Source of the DNA: a virus | Virus record (IMG/VR): IMGVR_UViG_3300044846_005100 | Location: 64,001 to 128,000 of that record | Reading direction: 5' to 3' (one strand) | DNA: 64,000 bases | In this document: piece by piece, positions 54,842 to 64,000 of the stretch | Layout of the letters: every line of letters starts with the position of its first letter | Position numbering within the stretch: position 1 is the first letter of the stretch | Notes under the pieces: generated by a model | What the model saw: only the letters and a program-made list of their open reading frames with translations | Databases searched by the model: none | What the model was told of the DNA's origin: nothing | Made by a program: the position numbers and the translations under genes

Positions 54842-56104
54842 ATGATATTAACTCAGGAAAAAATCAATCTTTTTATTAATTGGACTAATAAAAATAAAGA
54901 ATATTTAAGTATTGTTAGGCCAAATAAAAGTAAACTTTTAAAAAAATTATTAAAAGAAAATATAAATATCTCTTTTGAAGAACTAGATATTTTATTAAAA
55001 CAATATGGAAGAAAAAGAAAAAGAAACATAGTAGAAGGTACTAATGTTTGGGTTCCTTTAGAAATGGTAGAAACAGTTAAAGAATTAAATGCTATTTACA
55101 AAGAAAGTTTAAGCATAGGTGTTCCTGTAAATGACATAAAGCATGGCTGGTTAAAAAATGATACAGCATCTATGTTTTTTACTAATCCTTTATATAAGGA
55201 TAAAGGGGATTTAGATTTAAGTGCTATTAATTTTAAAGAATTATTTGGAAATATTGAACCTATTGTTGTTAAAAAAATTGAAAATAATAAAAAAACAGCT
55301 TTATTTGATAGACTTGTTTTTACAGATGTACATGTAGGTATGGATGTTGCTAATTCTGGTTATTCTTTATATGATTTAAAGTGGGATAAAGAAGAATTAT
55401 TTAAGAGATTAAATATTATGGTAGAACATACTGTAGAACATCAAAAATCTAATACATTAATTATTAATGATTTAGGAGATTTTTTAGATGGATATAATGG
55501 TCAAACTACTAGAGGAGGACATAAGTTACCTCAAAATATGAGTACAAATGATGCTTTTGATACAGCTTTACATTTTAAAATAAAATTAGTTAAATCTCTT
55601 GCACCTTATTTTGACAAAATAAAATTTATAAATATTTGTAATGATAATCATGCAGGTAGTTTTGGTTATATTGTAAATTCAGCTTTTAAAATATATATTG
55701 AAGAAGCTATAAATAATGTAGAAGTAATTAACCAAAGAAAATTTATTGATTATTATATAATAGAAAATAGATGTTTTTGTTTAACCCATGGCAAAGATGA
55801 TGTAAATATGAAATTTGGATTTAAACCTAAAGCAGATCCTGCAACTGTAAATAAAGTATTAGGGTATTTAAACCAGATTGAAGTATTAAACAAAGGTTAT
55901 TTTGAAATAGAATTTGGTAAAGGAGATAGTCATCTGGCAGTATTAGATGATTCTAGTAGTGATATATTTAATTATTATTCTTATCCTGCATTCAGCCCTA
56001 GTTCAAATTGGGTACAATTAAATTTTAATAAGGGACGCAGTGGATTTGTTCATTTTAATTATATGGAAAACAGAAAAAATATTAATCCTTATTTTTTTAA
56101 TTAA
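54842..56104 (+). CDS. calcineurin-like metallophosphoesterase
   Basis: DVHVG, LGDFLDG, DNH, THG, GDSH; TATATTTG promoter at 54813. Confidence 0.85.
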   Translation: MILTQEKINLFINWTNKNKEYLSIVRPNKSKLLKKLLKENINISFEELDILLKQYGRKRKRNIVEGTNVWVPLEMVETVKELNAIYKESLSIGVPVNDIKHGWLKNDTASMFFTNPLYKDKGDLDLSAINFKELFGNIEPIVVKKIENNKKTALFDRLVFTDVHVGMDVANSGYSLYDLKWDKEELFKRLNIMVEHTVEHQKSNTLIINDLGDFLDGYNGQTTRGGHKLPQNMSTNDAFDTALHFKIKLVKSLAPYFDKIKFINICNDNHAGSFGYIVNSAFKIYIEEAINNVEVINQRKFIDYYIIENRCFCLTHGKDDVNMKFGFKPKADPATVNKVLGYLNQIEVLNKGYFEIEFGKGDSHLAVLDDSSSDIFNYYSYPAFSPSSNWVQLNFNKGRSGFVHFNYMENRKNINPYFFN

Positions 56105-56107
56105 GGT

Positions 56108-56743
56108 ATGGCATATATTTATAGGCATATTAGGATGGATAAAAACGAACCATTTTACATTGGTATTGGCACTGATAATTATTTTTATAGATCTAAAAGT
56201 AAAAAAAATAGAAATAAATATTGGGAAAATATAGTAAATAAAACAGATTATAAAGTTCAAATTTTATTAGAAGATTTAACTTGGGAAGAAGCTTGTGAAA
56301 AAGAAATGGAGTTTATTGCATTATATGGAAGAAAAGATTTAGGTAAAGGAACTTTATGTAATTTGACAGATGGAGGAGAAGGAATAAAAAAATGTATACA
56401 TAGTGAAGAGACTAAACAAAAAATTAGAAAAAAATTAATAGGTATTAAACTTTCAGAAGAACATAAAGCAAATATAGCTAAAGGACAAATTGGGTCTAAA
56501 AGAACTATTGATACTAAAATAAAAATGAGTAAAAAAATAAAAGAAGCTTATAAAAATGGAAAGCTTTGTAATAAAGGGAAAAATAATGGAAGATGCAAAC
56601 AAGTTATAGACTTAACTACAGGATTTTTTTATAATTATGCAGGAGAAGCTTTTAAATCTCAAAATCAATTTAAAAATCTTAGTTATTTTATGTCTATGTT
56701 AAATGGATACAGACCAAACAAATCAAATTTTAAATATATTTAA
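56108..56743 (+). CDS. GIY-YIG-like homing endonuclease with NUMOD3
   Basis: YIYRH...FYIGIG, E..FI, NLTDGGEG, HSEETKQKI. Confidence 0.8.
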   Translation: MAYIYRHIRMDKNEPFYIGIGTDNYFYRSKSKKNRNKYWENIVNKTDYKVQILLEDLTWEEACEKEMEFIALYGRKDLGKGTLCNLTDGGEGIKKCIHSEETKQKIRKKLIGIKLSEEHKANIAKGQIGSKRTIDTKIKMSKKIKEAYKNGKLCNKGKNNGRCKQVIDLTTGFFYNYAGEAFKSQNQFKNLSYFMSMLNGYRPNKSNFKYI

Positions 56744-56754
56744 TTTAAAGAATT

Positions 56755-56970
56755 ATGTTTATGTATAATAATCCTTATATGCAAGGGGGACAGGTCTGGC
56801 ACAACAACCAACAAAATCAACAAAATTTCATACAAAATAATGAAATAAGTGTTGATTTGAGGCAAATATATAATCATTATATTATGCACCCTTTTTGTAA
56901 ATATAGGGATATTCCGTATGCTATTTTTAGAGCTATATATACTGATTGGTTAAATAAACAATATAAATAA
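56755..56970 (+). CDS. small Q/N-rich hypothetical protein
   Basis: 71 aa ORF. Confidence 0.6.
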   Translation: MFMYNNPYMQGGQVWHNNQQNQQNFIQNNEISVDLRQIYNHYIMHPFCKYRDIPYAIFRAIYTDWLNKQYK

Positions 56971-56981
56971 AATAAAATATT

Positions 56982-57653
56982 ATGACAATACGAGAAATTA
57001 TTAGTGGGTATAGGGTGCCTATGGATCATGGTTTACCTACTGATGATACAGATTTTCCTACAAAATATATCTATCATTTAATGAAAATAGCTAGAGCTAA
57101 ATTATTGTATGATAGATTGAATGATCCTAGATTTAACTATAATCTAGCTTTACAGACTTTAGAGTGTGTAGAATTAGTATTAGCTGACACTAATGAATGT
57201 TGTGAAAAATTACCTTCAGGATGTAAATGGTTGAAGTCAAAAAAACCTATTCCAGAGACTATCAATAACATGATAAATAAAGTGTACAATGATAGAGGAG
57301 ATACTTATAATAGAGTGTTGTCGGAATCTTCAGGTTCTTTTAAAAGATATTCATTTATAGAAGAAAGTGATTTTAAATATTTGATAAAAAACAATTACTT
57401 ATTTGTACCAGACTTGAATAGCCCAAAATGGGTTAAAATAGAAGGATTATTCTATGATGATGAAATAGTAAAAATGACTTGTGGACCTGTATGTGATTTA
57501 TTAGATACAGAATTTCCTTTAGATAGCAGACTTATAACTGCAATGTATTCTATTATGAATGAAACAATATTGAAAGTATATCCTTATTTTAAGAAGGATG
57601 TTACAAATGATACTTCAACAGACGATACATTAAATGGCACGAAAGGTAAGTAA
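56982..57653 (+). CDS. crAss-like tail ring protein
   Basis: MTIREII, QTLECVEL, SKKPIP, YLIKNNYL, EFPLD; synteny. Confidence 0.65.
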   Translation: MTIREIISGYRVPMDHGLPTDDTDFPTKYIYHLMKIARAKLLYDRLNDPRFNYNLALQTLECVELVLADTNECCEKLPSGCKWLKSKKPIPETINNMINKVYNDRGDTYNRVLSESSGSFKRYSFIEESDFKYLIKNNYLFVPDLNSPKWVKIEGLFYDDEIVKMTCGPVCDLLDTEFPLDSRLITAMYSIMNETILKVYPYFKKDVTNDTSTDDTLNGTKGK

Positions 57654-58020
57654 TAAATCCGAGTCTTTTTTTTCTTTAGTAAAAGTTTTAGAAAGAAAAA
57701 AAGATATAGATAAAGCCACTTATAAAAAAGTGATTGAGGAGCTATTTAAGGTAGCCTCAGAGCGTTTAATTTATAAAAACAAGGTAAAGCTTCCAGGACT
57801 AGGACTTTTTTATTTAAAGGCCTATAAATCGGATAAAAAAATAGTTGATTTTGGTATGACAAGAAAGCTGGGTAAAACAGTTTATCATACTAATTTTCAT
57901 AGTAACAGAGTAAGATATAAAATTGCTTGGGGAAACAATATAAGGGTTAATTACTATTCATTTAAACCTTATAGATTTTTAAACAGAGAATTAGCTAAAA
58001 AAATAATAAACGATGATTAA
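57634..58020 (+). CDS. IHF/HU-like protein (crAss-type)
   Basis: KVKLPGLGLF, VDFGMT...YHTNFHS...Y...W. Confidence 0.75.
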   Translation: MARKVSNKSESFFSLVKVLERKKDIDKATYKKVIEELFKVASERLIYKNKVKLPGLGLFYLKAYKSDKKIVDFGMTRKLGKTVYHTNFHSNRVRYKIAWGNNIRVNYYSFKPYRFLNRELAKKIINDD

Positions 58021-58963
58021 TATAGAACTAGTACCAATTAGTACAGTTATAGAAAACTGGAAACAAATTGCCGTTTCAGAATTAAATTTTAATGAAGATT
58101 TACTTACTGAATGGATTTTAGATGCTTATAATGACATAGGCACCTATAAACAATACAAAGAGAGAGTACAGAAAATAAGTGTAAAAAATTACAAAGCTGA
58201 GTTGCCTTGTGGGTTTAGACAAACTTTATATGTATTAGCTCAACCTCGTCTTATTGAAGAAGACCCTTTCTTCTTGACAGAGTATGTTAGACAAGAACCT
58301 GGAAATGAAAATTGTACATGGGAGTTTAAAAGAATATGTAAATGTCCTGAAAATACTTCATGCAGTTGTGAGCAAAATTACATAGAAACCGCAGGGTATT
58401 TGTATATTAACAATTTAGAAAAAGCAAAAGGATTTAAGTTTGCTTCAGTACAAGACTTTACTCAATGGTATTCTACTAATCCTAAAAGATGGGTTATATT
58501 ACAACCACAAAAAAATCAAGTATCTTTATTAAACTACAGAGAACTAGGTTTTCATTTAAACCCTTCACATACTTTTAATATTGATAATGGATATATTATA
58601 ACAGATTTCAAAGAGGCAGAATTATTGATAGGATATTTAGGTATTCCTATTGGAACAGATGGATTGCCATTAGTTCCCAATATGGGAAGTTTTACTAATG
58701 CTTTGATTGCCGCCATAGAAAGAAAGTTTGCTTATATTCAATACAGAAAGAGTAGAAGTGGCCCAGATTTAAACTTTTTCCAATTAGCAGATAAAGAATA
58801 CTCTAAATGGAAATTAAAAGCAAGAGAAGATATGAATGCTCAAACATTTGATGAAATGTGGGCTATGGGTGAAGCTACTAATCAATTTTTAGTTCCTAAC
58901 TCATATCACGGATTAGATCAAAGAAAATCTCAGAAAATAAATAATGGTTTCACCCGATATTAA
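58013..58963 (+). CDS. tail tubular/ring protein
   Basis: VKNYKAELPC, IDNGYIITDF, Y..IP...DGLPLVP; precedes the muzzle gene. Confidence 0.7.
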   Translation: MINIELVPISTVIENWKQIAVSELNFNEDLLTEWILDAYNDIGTYKQYKERVQKISVKNYKAELPCGFRQTLYVLAQPRLIEEDPFFLTEYVRQEPGNENCTWEFKRICKCPENTSCSCEQNYIETAGYLYINNLEKAKGFKFASVQDFTQWYSTNPKRWVILQPQKNQVSLLNYRELGFHLNPSHTFNIDNGYIITDFKEAELLIGYLGIPIGTDGLPLVPNMGSFTNALIAAIERKFAYIQYRKSRSGPDLNFFQLADKEYSKWKLKAREDMNAQTFDEMWAMGEATNQFLVPNSYHGLDQRKSQKINNGFTRY

Positions 58964-58971
58964 TATAAAGT

Positions 58972-61900
58972 ATGGCCGATCAAAATAATATAAACAAAAC
59001 AAAGACTTTACAGGATGTTGCCAATTATACCTTTACTAAAGGTATGAATCAAGATGCATCTCCAGAAGCACAACCTAAAGATACTTATAGAGCAGCTTTA
59101 AATATGGTAAAAGAGTCTTCTGAAGGGGATGAAAACTTTTTAACCACAGAATACTCCAATACATTTAGAATAAAGTTGCCTGGAAAAGTATTACACTCTA
59201 ATTTGATTAAACAATTAAATCAAGTTGTAGTATTTTTACATACAAATGAAATAGGACTTTATGATCCTAATTTAAATACATACACTACTTTATATTCAGA
59301 CCCTGCATTAGATTTTTCTATATACCTAGAATCAGTGTCTTTTACAAAGACAGAGTGTGAAGATATTGTATTAATATTTTGGGATGGAGTTAATAGAGTG
59401 AGAAATATAAATGTAACTCAGTATTTGAAAGAGGGCCCTGGTTCAGGTAATATACAGGATTTGGAATTGTTTAAAACTGCTGAAACTTGTATTAAATTAG
59501 CAGATGTAAGTTTTATTGAAAATGCTGCTTATAATGTAGATGCTGGGGTTTATAGACCGTTTATTCAATATGAAGATGAAGATGGTAATACTACTAATAT
59601 TTATATTATAAATGAAAATATTCCATTAATTGAAGATAGTATAAATGGAACATTCCAATATATTGATGGTAATGCTTCAAAAACATTAAACAAAAGTATT
59701 GTACTTTTATTTGAAAATGTAGATACCAAATATCCTTATATGAATGTTGGATTCATAAAAACGGTTAATGGAGTATCTACTTCTTTTATATTTAAAAAGT
59801 TACAACCTGTTGCAGAAAGCCTTACAGTTACTTACGAAGGAGACACCACTTTTAATCAAGGAATAGATTTAGCAGAAATTTTGAACAAAAGAGCTTTTTA
59901 TGTTTCTGCAAAACATGGTTTGATTTATAATAACAAACTTTTACTTGCAGGAGTAAGAGGAATAAAAAACGTTGATTATCAGCATTATGCAAATAATATA
60001 AACGTAAAATATGTTACAGGAAAAATAAATTTAAGTAGAACAAAGGGATATAAAAATCCTGAACATATTATTCATCACAAATCTTGGATGAGAGATGAAA
60101 ACTATATGATTGGAGTTGTTTTGGAGTTTGAAGATATGTCAGAGTCTCCTGTATTTCCTTTGATTAATAAAAAATATACTCCTTTCCCTGACTTTACAGG
60201 TTCGGGAGGTCCTAGACCTGAGACAAATGATACAAAATTATGTTGTACAGATGATAGAGTTTATTGGAAAGAAGTTAATACAGCAAAAAGAACTGCATAT
60301 AATCATTTTGCAGGAGACCTTAGTGTAACAGATTTTTGTTCAGGAACTATAGATAATGATTCTAACAATATTAGATCTGAGGGTTATTTAGGTTATTTTG
60401 AATCGGAAGAAAGATACCCTATAATTCCTAGATGTGATGTAGGTCCATTTAACCCTAGTACTTATGATCCTGAGGATTATATGTATCCCACTGAAGTTAT
60501 TTTGGGTAAATTATATGGCAAACCTATTACTTTATTTAAAATGCCAGATTCTACCATTGAACCTTTTCATAATAACCTTACAGACACTTATGCTATTGAG
60601 GAAAATAAAAATAGATTTGATAGTAAATATGATAGCTTAGAAATTTATCCTTTGGGTATTAAATTAGAGGGGGTAGAGATGCCTACTCTTGAAGAAACAG
60701 GAGGAGTAAAAGTTACAGGGTATAGAGTAGTGTATGTTAGAAGAGATACTTTTAATAAATCAGTACAGGACAAAGGATGGTTTGTAGAAATGTTTAAAAA
60801 TAATTTCAATGGCCAAGATTATATTTACCCTAAACACAATGTTAATGCAGGTGCCAAATGGGATTATTTTTCAAATCTTAGAGATAATGCTATAGAAAAT
60901 CAAAGTCCTATTCAAGATTTTGTTAAAAATTGTGGATATGGTAAGCATTATGATAATGGTATTATGTTTTATGGAGGTAATACGCTATCCTCTCAACAAG
61001 GCTTAAATGTAAATTATGTTAAAATAGAGCAACAATATAATACAATAGGTTATTATATTGACTCTATAAATCAAATAAATACTACTCCTCCAGGTGTTGG
61101 AGCAGGTGTTATAGACCCTTCTACTTTTAAAGATAAAGATGGAAGACTAAGATCCACTGCTATTCAAATTTATAATTTCTATGATTATGGGTATATACAA
61201 AATTCCGATGGATCAATAGACAGAACAAATGGATATAAGAATAGATCTTTAAAGTATAACTTTAAAAATATTTGTACAGATAATTATTCTTATGTAAATG
61301 ACAATGTAATCTTAAATAAGATATTAAACTCTGATTATTCTTTAGTTAATTTTTACAGAGAAAGTGGAGTTTATTTGGATTATCAATTAAAGTCAGATTT
61401 ATCTTTTAATAAAAACTTACAGTTTTTTAATTCAGATACAAGTAGTAAGAAATGTGATATGTTTTCAGGTGGAGGAGGGGCTTCTCCTTTTGATTTTACT
61501 AATGTATCAAATTATTCTACATTACCAGGAAATCAAATAAGATTCAATGTACCCTCACCTAATACTATTACTATAGGAGACATTTATTTTGTTTGGAATG
61601 GAGGTCTTTTTTCTCCTTTAGACCCTGGAGATGAGTTTCAAGTAACTTCTATAGGTAGTGTTTCAGGGTTTCCTCCAACACAAACTGTTACTTTAACAAA
61701 AGTAAATTCAGGGACTTTTGCAGGGGGAAGTGCTTTCTCTTTTCTTATTTTACAAAAAATACCTAACTTTGCAGCAGAACAATCTTTTACAGTAGCTACT
61801 CCAAGTACTGTAACTTATAATAATAATTATCCTGTAGGTACTACAATTACTGTTAGTAATTCATTAGCTCCTACACAAATAGCCAACACAAATACATTTA

Positions 61901-63957
61901 TTGTAACAAATAGCACCACTTTAACTCTTACAGGAGGTCCTCCTCTTACTTCAGGCCCTCCTGTTGAGGTTTTTGTCACAGCTTCCGCACCTTTCACACC
62001 TTCAGGGGTATCTTATTTCCAAGATTATTTAGATAATACAACTGCCCCTAGCATATTGGATAGATGTAACAATGGTTATATTTATTATGGGTCTATAAAA
62101 AATAATTTGCCTAGACAATATGGAAGTATTGATGATATGTTTTTTATTGATACAGGATTAAAAGGATGTGCAGGTCAGAAAAACTTAACAGGGTTTTATG
62201 GGGATAGTTATATTAATACTTTTTCTTTTGTAAGGACAGGTGTGACAGGTATGTTAGAAGATTCTTATATAGATGATAATAGTGCTGCTTGGATGGATAG
62301 AGGGGATCCTACATATACAATTCAAGAGATAATTGGTAGAGACAAAAATTCTTGGTTATTAAATCTTTATTTAGCCCAAAAAGCAAATGTAACTCTTATC
62401 AATACTATTACAGAGTCCGATGTAAATTTAGATTTGAGATATGAAGGACCTAATTTTAATGAGGTATATTATCCTAAATTATCTAACGGTAAATACTATT
62501 TATTTTCTACTAGAAAAAATGAATATGCAGAAGACTCTTTTTTAAATGCTTATTTTTATGAGTTAATTTGTAGAAATGATCAAGATAATTGTACAAGTAC
62601 AAATTATGATGAGGTAGAATATAATGATGCATATAAAAATTTCCACAATAATAAAATTAATCTAAACAACGATTACAATGAGTTGAATGGAATGAGATTT
62701 AATTTCTTTAAACCTATAAACAAAAACTATAAAACTTGTGATTGTGATGCAGAATATGATAACAGAATTGCTATATCATCTGCTGATAATCAATCAGTTG
62801 GACGATTAAATTATAGTAAGTTTCTTAAAAATAGTTTTGTCACTCTTCCTCACAAAGAAGGAAAAATAACTAATTTGTTTAAAGAAAGTCAAGTTTTATA
62901 TGCACATACAACAGATAATATTTGGAAACTATTAACTTTAGAGTCTAAATTACAAGCAAATAATAATTTAGTGTATTTAGGAACAAATGATTTTCTAAGT
63001 GCACAACAATTAGAATTATTTGCTTCTAACGAAGGTTACATGGGATTACAAGATAAAAGATTTTCTTTCCAAAACAATACAGGATATTTCTTTGTTGACT
63101 TGAAAAATCAAAGTTTAAATTTAATGTCAGGAGGTAAATTAGATGCTATATCTACTTATGGTATGAATAGTTTCTTTAAAGATGTATTTAATAAATATTT
63201 CAACTCATACTCTCTTAATAAACCATTGTCAGAGGTTCAAATATACTTTGGGTATGATTATAGACATAAGAGACTTTTATTAACGGATATTGAGAATGAT
63301 TACACATTATCATACTATCCAGAAGATAAAGCCTTTTATTCTTTCCACTCGTATAAACCAATGGCTTATATTCAGAATAGAGATACATTCTTTACTCAAA
63401 GTCAAAACTATGATCTTTATTTACATGAAGATAATTTTAACTCATATAGAAACTTTTATGGAGTAAATTACCCTTCGATGGTAGATGCAGTGTTTACTTA
63501 CCATCCTTTGATATACACTACTTTACAAAACATAGGTATAAAAATGGATGCATATAAAAATGTAAACGATCAACTTATACTAATAGATGAACCGCCTACG
63601 AGTGTTTCTGTTTGGACAAGTAGACAACATAGTGGAGAAATTATGTTAAAGAAAACAGTGGATGCAGATTATATGCACAATATTGTATCGAGCACAGAAC
63701 CTTACACGTTTATAAATGGTACAATCTATTGTAATAATTTGTCTAATTATATTTTGGATAGTAGTATAAACTTTTTACAAGGAGGTATTTTTAAATACCC
63801 TACATCAAATGTTTCTTTTGCTAAAGATTGGACCCAAATAGACAGGCTTGAAAATAATTTCTTTAACTATAGAATCAATATAGATAATAAAGATTTAGAA
63901 AATTTAAAATTTATACTTAAATTTACACTTCTTAATTATAACATTTCAATGCGTTAA
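58972..63957 (+). CDS. tail stabilization/muzzle protein
   Basis: 1661 aa; FTKGMNQD...Y..ALN start, RDENY, GDSYIN, YSFHSYKP. Confidence 0.75.
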   Translation: MADQNNINKTKTLQDVANYTFTKGMNQDASPEAQPKDTYRAALNMVKESSEGDENFLTTEYSNTFRIKLPGKVLHSNLIKQLNQVVVFLHTNEIGLYDPNLNTYTTLYSDPALDFSIYLESVSFTKTECEDIVLIFWDGVNRVRNINVTQYLKEGPGSGNIQDLELFKTAETCIKLADVSFIENAAYNVDAGVYRPFIQYEDEDGNTTNIYIINENIPLIEDSINGTFQYIDGNASKTLNKSIVLLFENVDTKYPYMNVGFIKTVNGVSTSFIFKKLQPVAESLTVTYEGDTTFNQGIDLAEILNKRAFYVSAKHGLIYNNKLLLAGVRGIKNVDYQHYANNINVKYVTGKINLSRTKGYKNPEHIIHHKSWMRDENYMIGVVLEFEDMSESPVFPLINKKYTPFPDFTGSGGPRPETNDTKLCCTDDRVYWKEVNTAKRTAYNHFAGDLSVTDFCSGTIDNDSNNIRSEGYLGYFESEERYPIIPRCDVGPFNPSTYDPEDYMYPTEVILGKLYGKPITLFKMPDSTIEPFHNNLTDTYAIEENKNRFDSKYDSLEIYPLGIKLEGVEMPTLEETGGVKVTGYRVVYVRRDTFNKSVQDKGWFVEMFKNNFNGQDYIYPKHNVNAGAKWDYFSNLRDNAIENQSPIQDFVKNCGYGKHYDNGIMFYGGNTLSSQQGLNVNYVKIEQQYNTIGYYIDSINQINTTPPGVGAGVIDPSTFKDKDGRLRSTAIQIYNFYDYGYIQNSDGSIDRTNGYKNRSLKYNFKNICTDNYSYVNDNVILNKILNSDYSLVNFYRESGVYLDYQLKSDLSFNKNLQFFNSDTSSKKCDMFSGGGGASPFDFTNVSNYSTLPGNQIRFNVPSPNTITIGDIYFVWNGGLFSPLDPGDEFQVTSIGSVSGFPPTQTVTLTKVNSGTFAGGSAFSFLILQKIPNFAAEQSFTVATPSTVTYNNNYPVGTTITVSNSLAPTQIANTNTFIVTNSTTLTLTGGPPLTSGPPVEVFVTASAPFTPSGVSYFQDYLDNTTAPSILDRCNNGYIYYGSIKNNLPRQYGSIDDMFFIDTGLKGCAGQKNLTGFYGDSYINTFSFVRTGVTGMLEDSYIDDNSAAWMDRGDPTYTIQEIIGRDKNSWLLNLYLAQKANVTLINTITESDVNLDLRYEGPNFNEVYYPKLSNGKYYLFSTRKNEYAEDSFLNAYFYELICRNDQDNCTSTNYDEVEYNDAYKNFHNNKINLNNDYNELNGMRFNFFKPINKNYKTCDCDAEYDNRIAISSADNQSVGRLNYSKFLKNSFVTLPHKEGKITNLFKESQVLYAHTTDNIWKLLTLESKLQANNNLVYLGTNDFLSAQQLELFASNEGYMGLQDKRFSFQNNTGYFFVDLKNQSLNLMSGGKLDAISTYGMNSFFKDVFNKYFNSYSLNKPLSEVQIYFGYDYRHKRLLLTDIENDYTLSYYPEDKAFYSFHSYKPMAYIQNRDTFFTQSQNYDLYLHEDNFNSYRNFYGVNYPSMVDAVFTYHPLIYTTLQNIGIKMDAYKNVNDQLILIDEPPTSVSVWTSRQHSGEIMLKKTVDADYMHNIVSSTEPYTFINGTIYCNNLSNYILDSSINFLQGGIFKYPTSNVSFAKDWTQIDRLENNFFNYRINIDNKDLENLKFILKFTLLNYNISMR

Positions 63958-64000
63958 TGGCTAAAAAGAAAGCTAACTTTAATAAACCAAATTCTTCAGG
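63957..64000 (+). CDS. partial gene start
   Basis: TAATG-coupled ATG; MAKKKANFNKPNSS... Confidence 0.5.
   Translation, partial: MAKKKANFNKPNSS

Larger units (their letters stand above)
1..64000. other. crAss-like (Crassvirales-type) bacteriophage genome segment, Bacteroidetes host
   Basis: Gene order TerL-portal-acidic protein-MCP-ring-auxiliary capsid ... IHF-like-ring-muzzle; TAnnTTTG promoters; no integrase or host housekeeping genes. Confidence 0.85.

Noticed and set aside
166-56260. Short antisense or nested ORFs in the track (e.g. 821-1045, 32573-32938, 37662-37970)
   Set aside because: Shadow frames of longer genes
1-64000. Stop-codon reassignment as in some gut crAss-like phages
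   Set aside because: Core genes are full length in the standard code and no suppressor tRNA is seen

Overview
AT-rich segment of a lytic crAss-like (Crassvirales-type) phage of a Bacteroidetes host, probably Flavobacteriia (TAnnTTTG promoters, no Shine-Dalgarno), using the standard genetic code. It has two divergent arms. The left arm (1-21.2 kb, minus strand) is a hypervariable early region of about 55 mostly small acidic genes. It includes a SAM-lyase-like gene, lipoproteins, a glucosaminidase, an HNH endonuclease, a MoxR/vWA pair and two long structured non-coding tracts. A GC-rich, skew-switching, repeat-rich non-coding divergence region (21.3-22.5 kb) is a candidate terminus/origin. The right arm (plus strand) carries RepL-like, tRNA-Cys, HU-like, GroES-like, DUF1573, ClpP-like and SET-domain genes. 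These are followed by the crAss head block (TerS-like, TerL, portal, scaffold-like, MCP, auxiliary capsid), Cys-rich fibre genes, PhoH, lysis genes, a metallophosphoesterase, a GIY-YIG-like endonuclease, and ring and muzzle tail genes. The most notable signals are: (1) a promoter-driven ~330-nt structured RNA with a GAAA tetraloop and a perfect 11-nt receptor, beside a ~90-nt sRNA; (2) six early promoters with precisely phased tandem TGCAACAA boxes and over-long spacers; (3) an early region with no GATC found over ~18.6 kb and a strong excess of CCCGA/TCGGG; (4) a ~480-nt structured RNA with tRNA-like loops; (5) a boxA-like antitermination site. All motif counts were made by eye and family calls come from recalled motifs, not searches.
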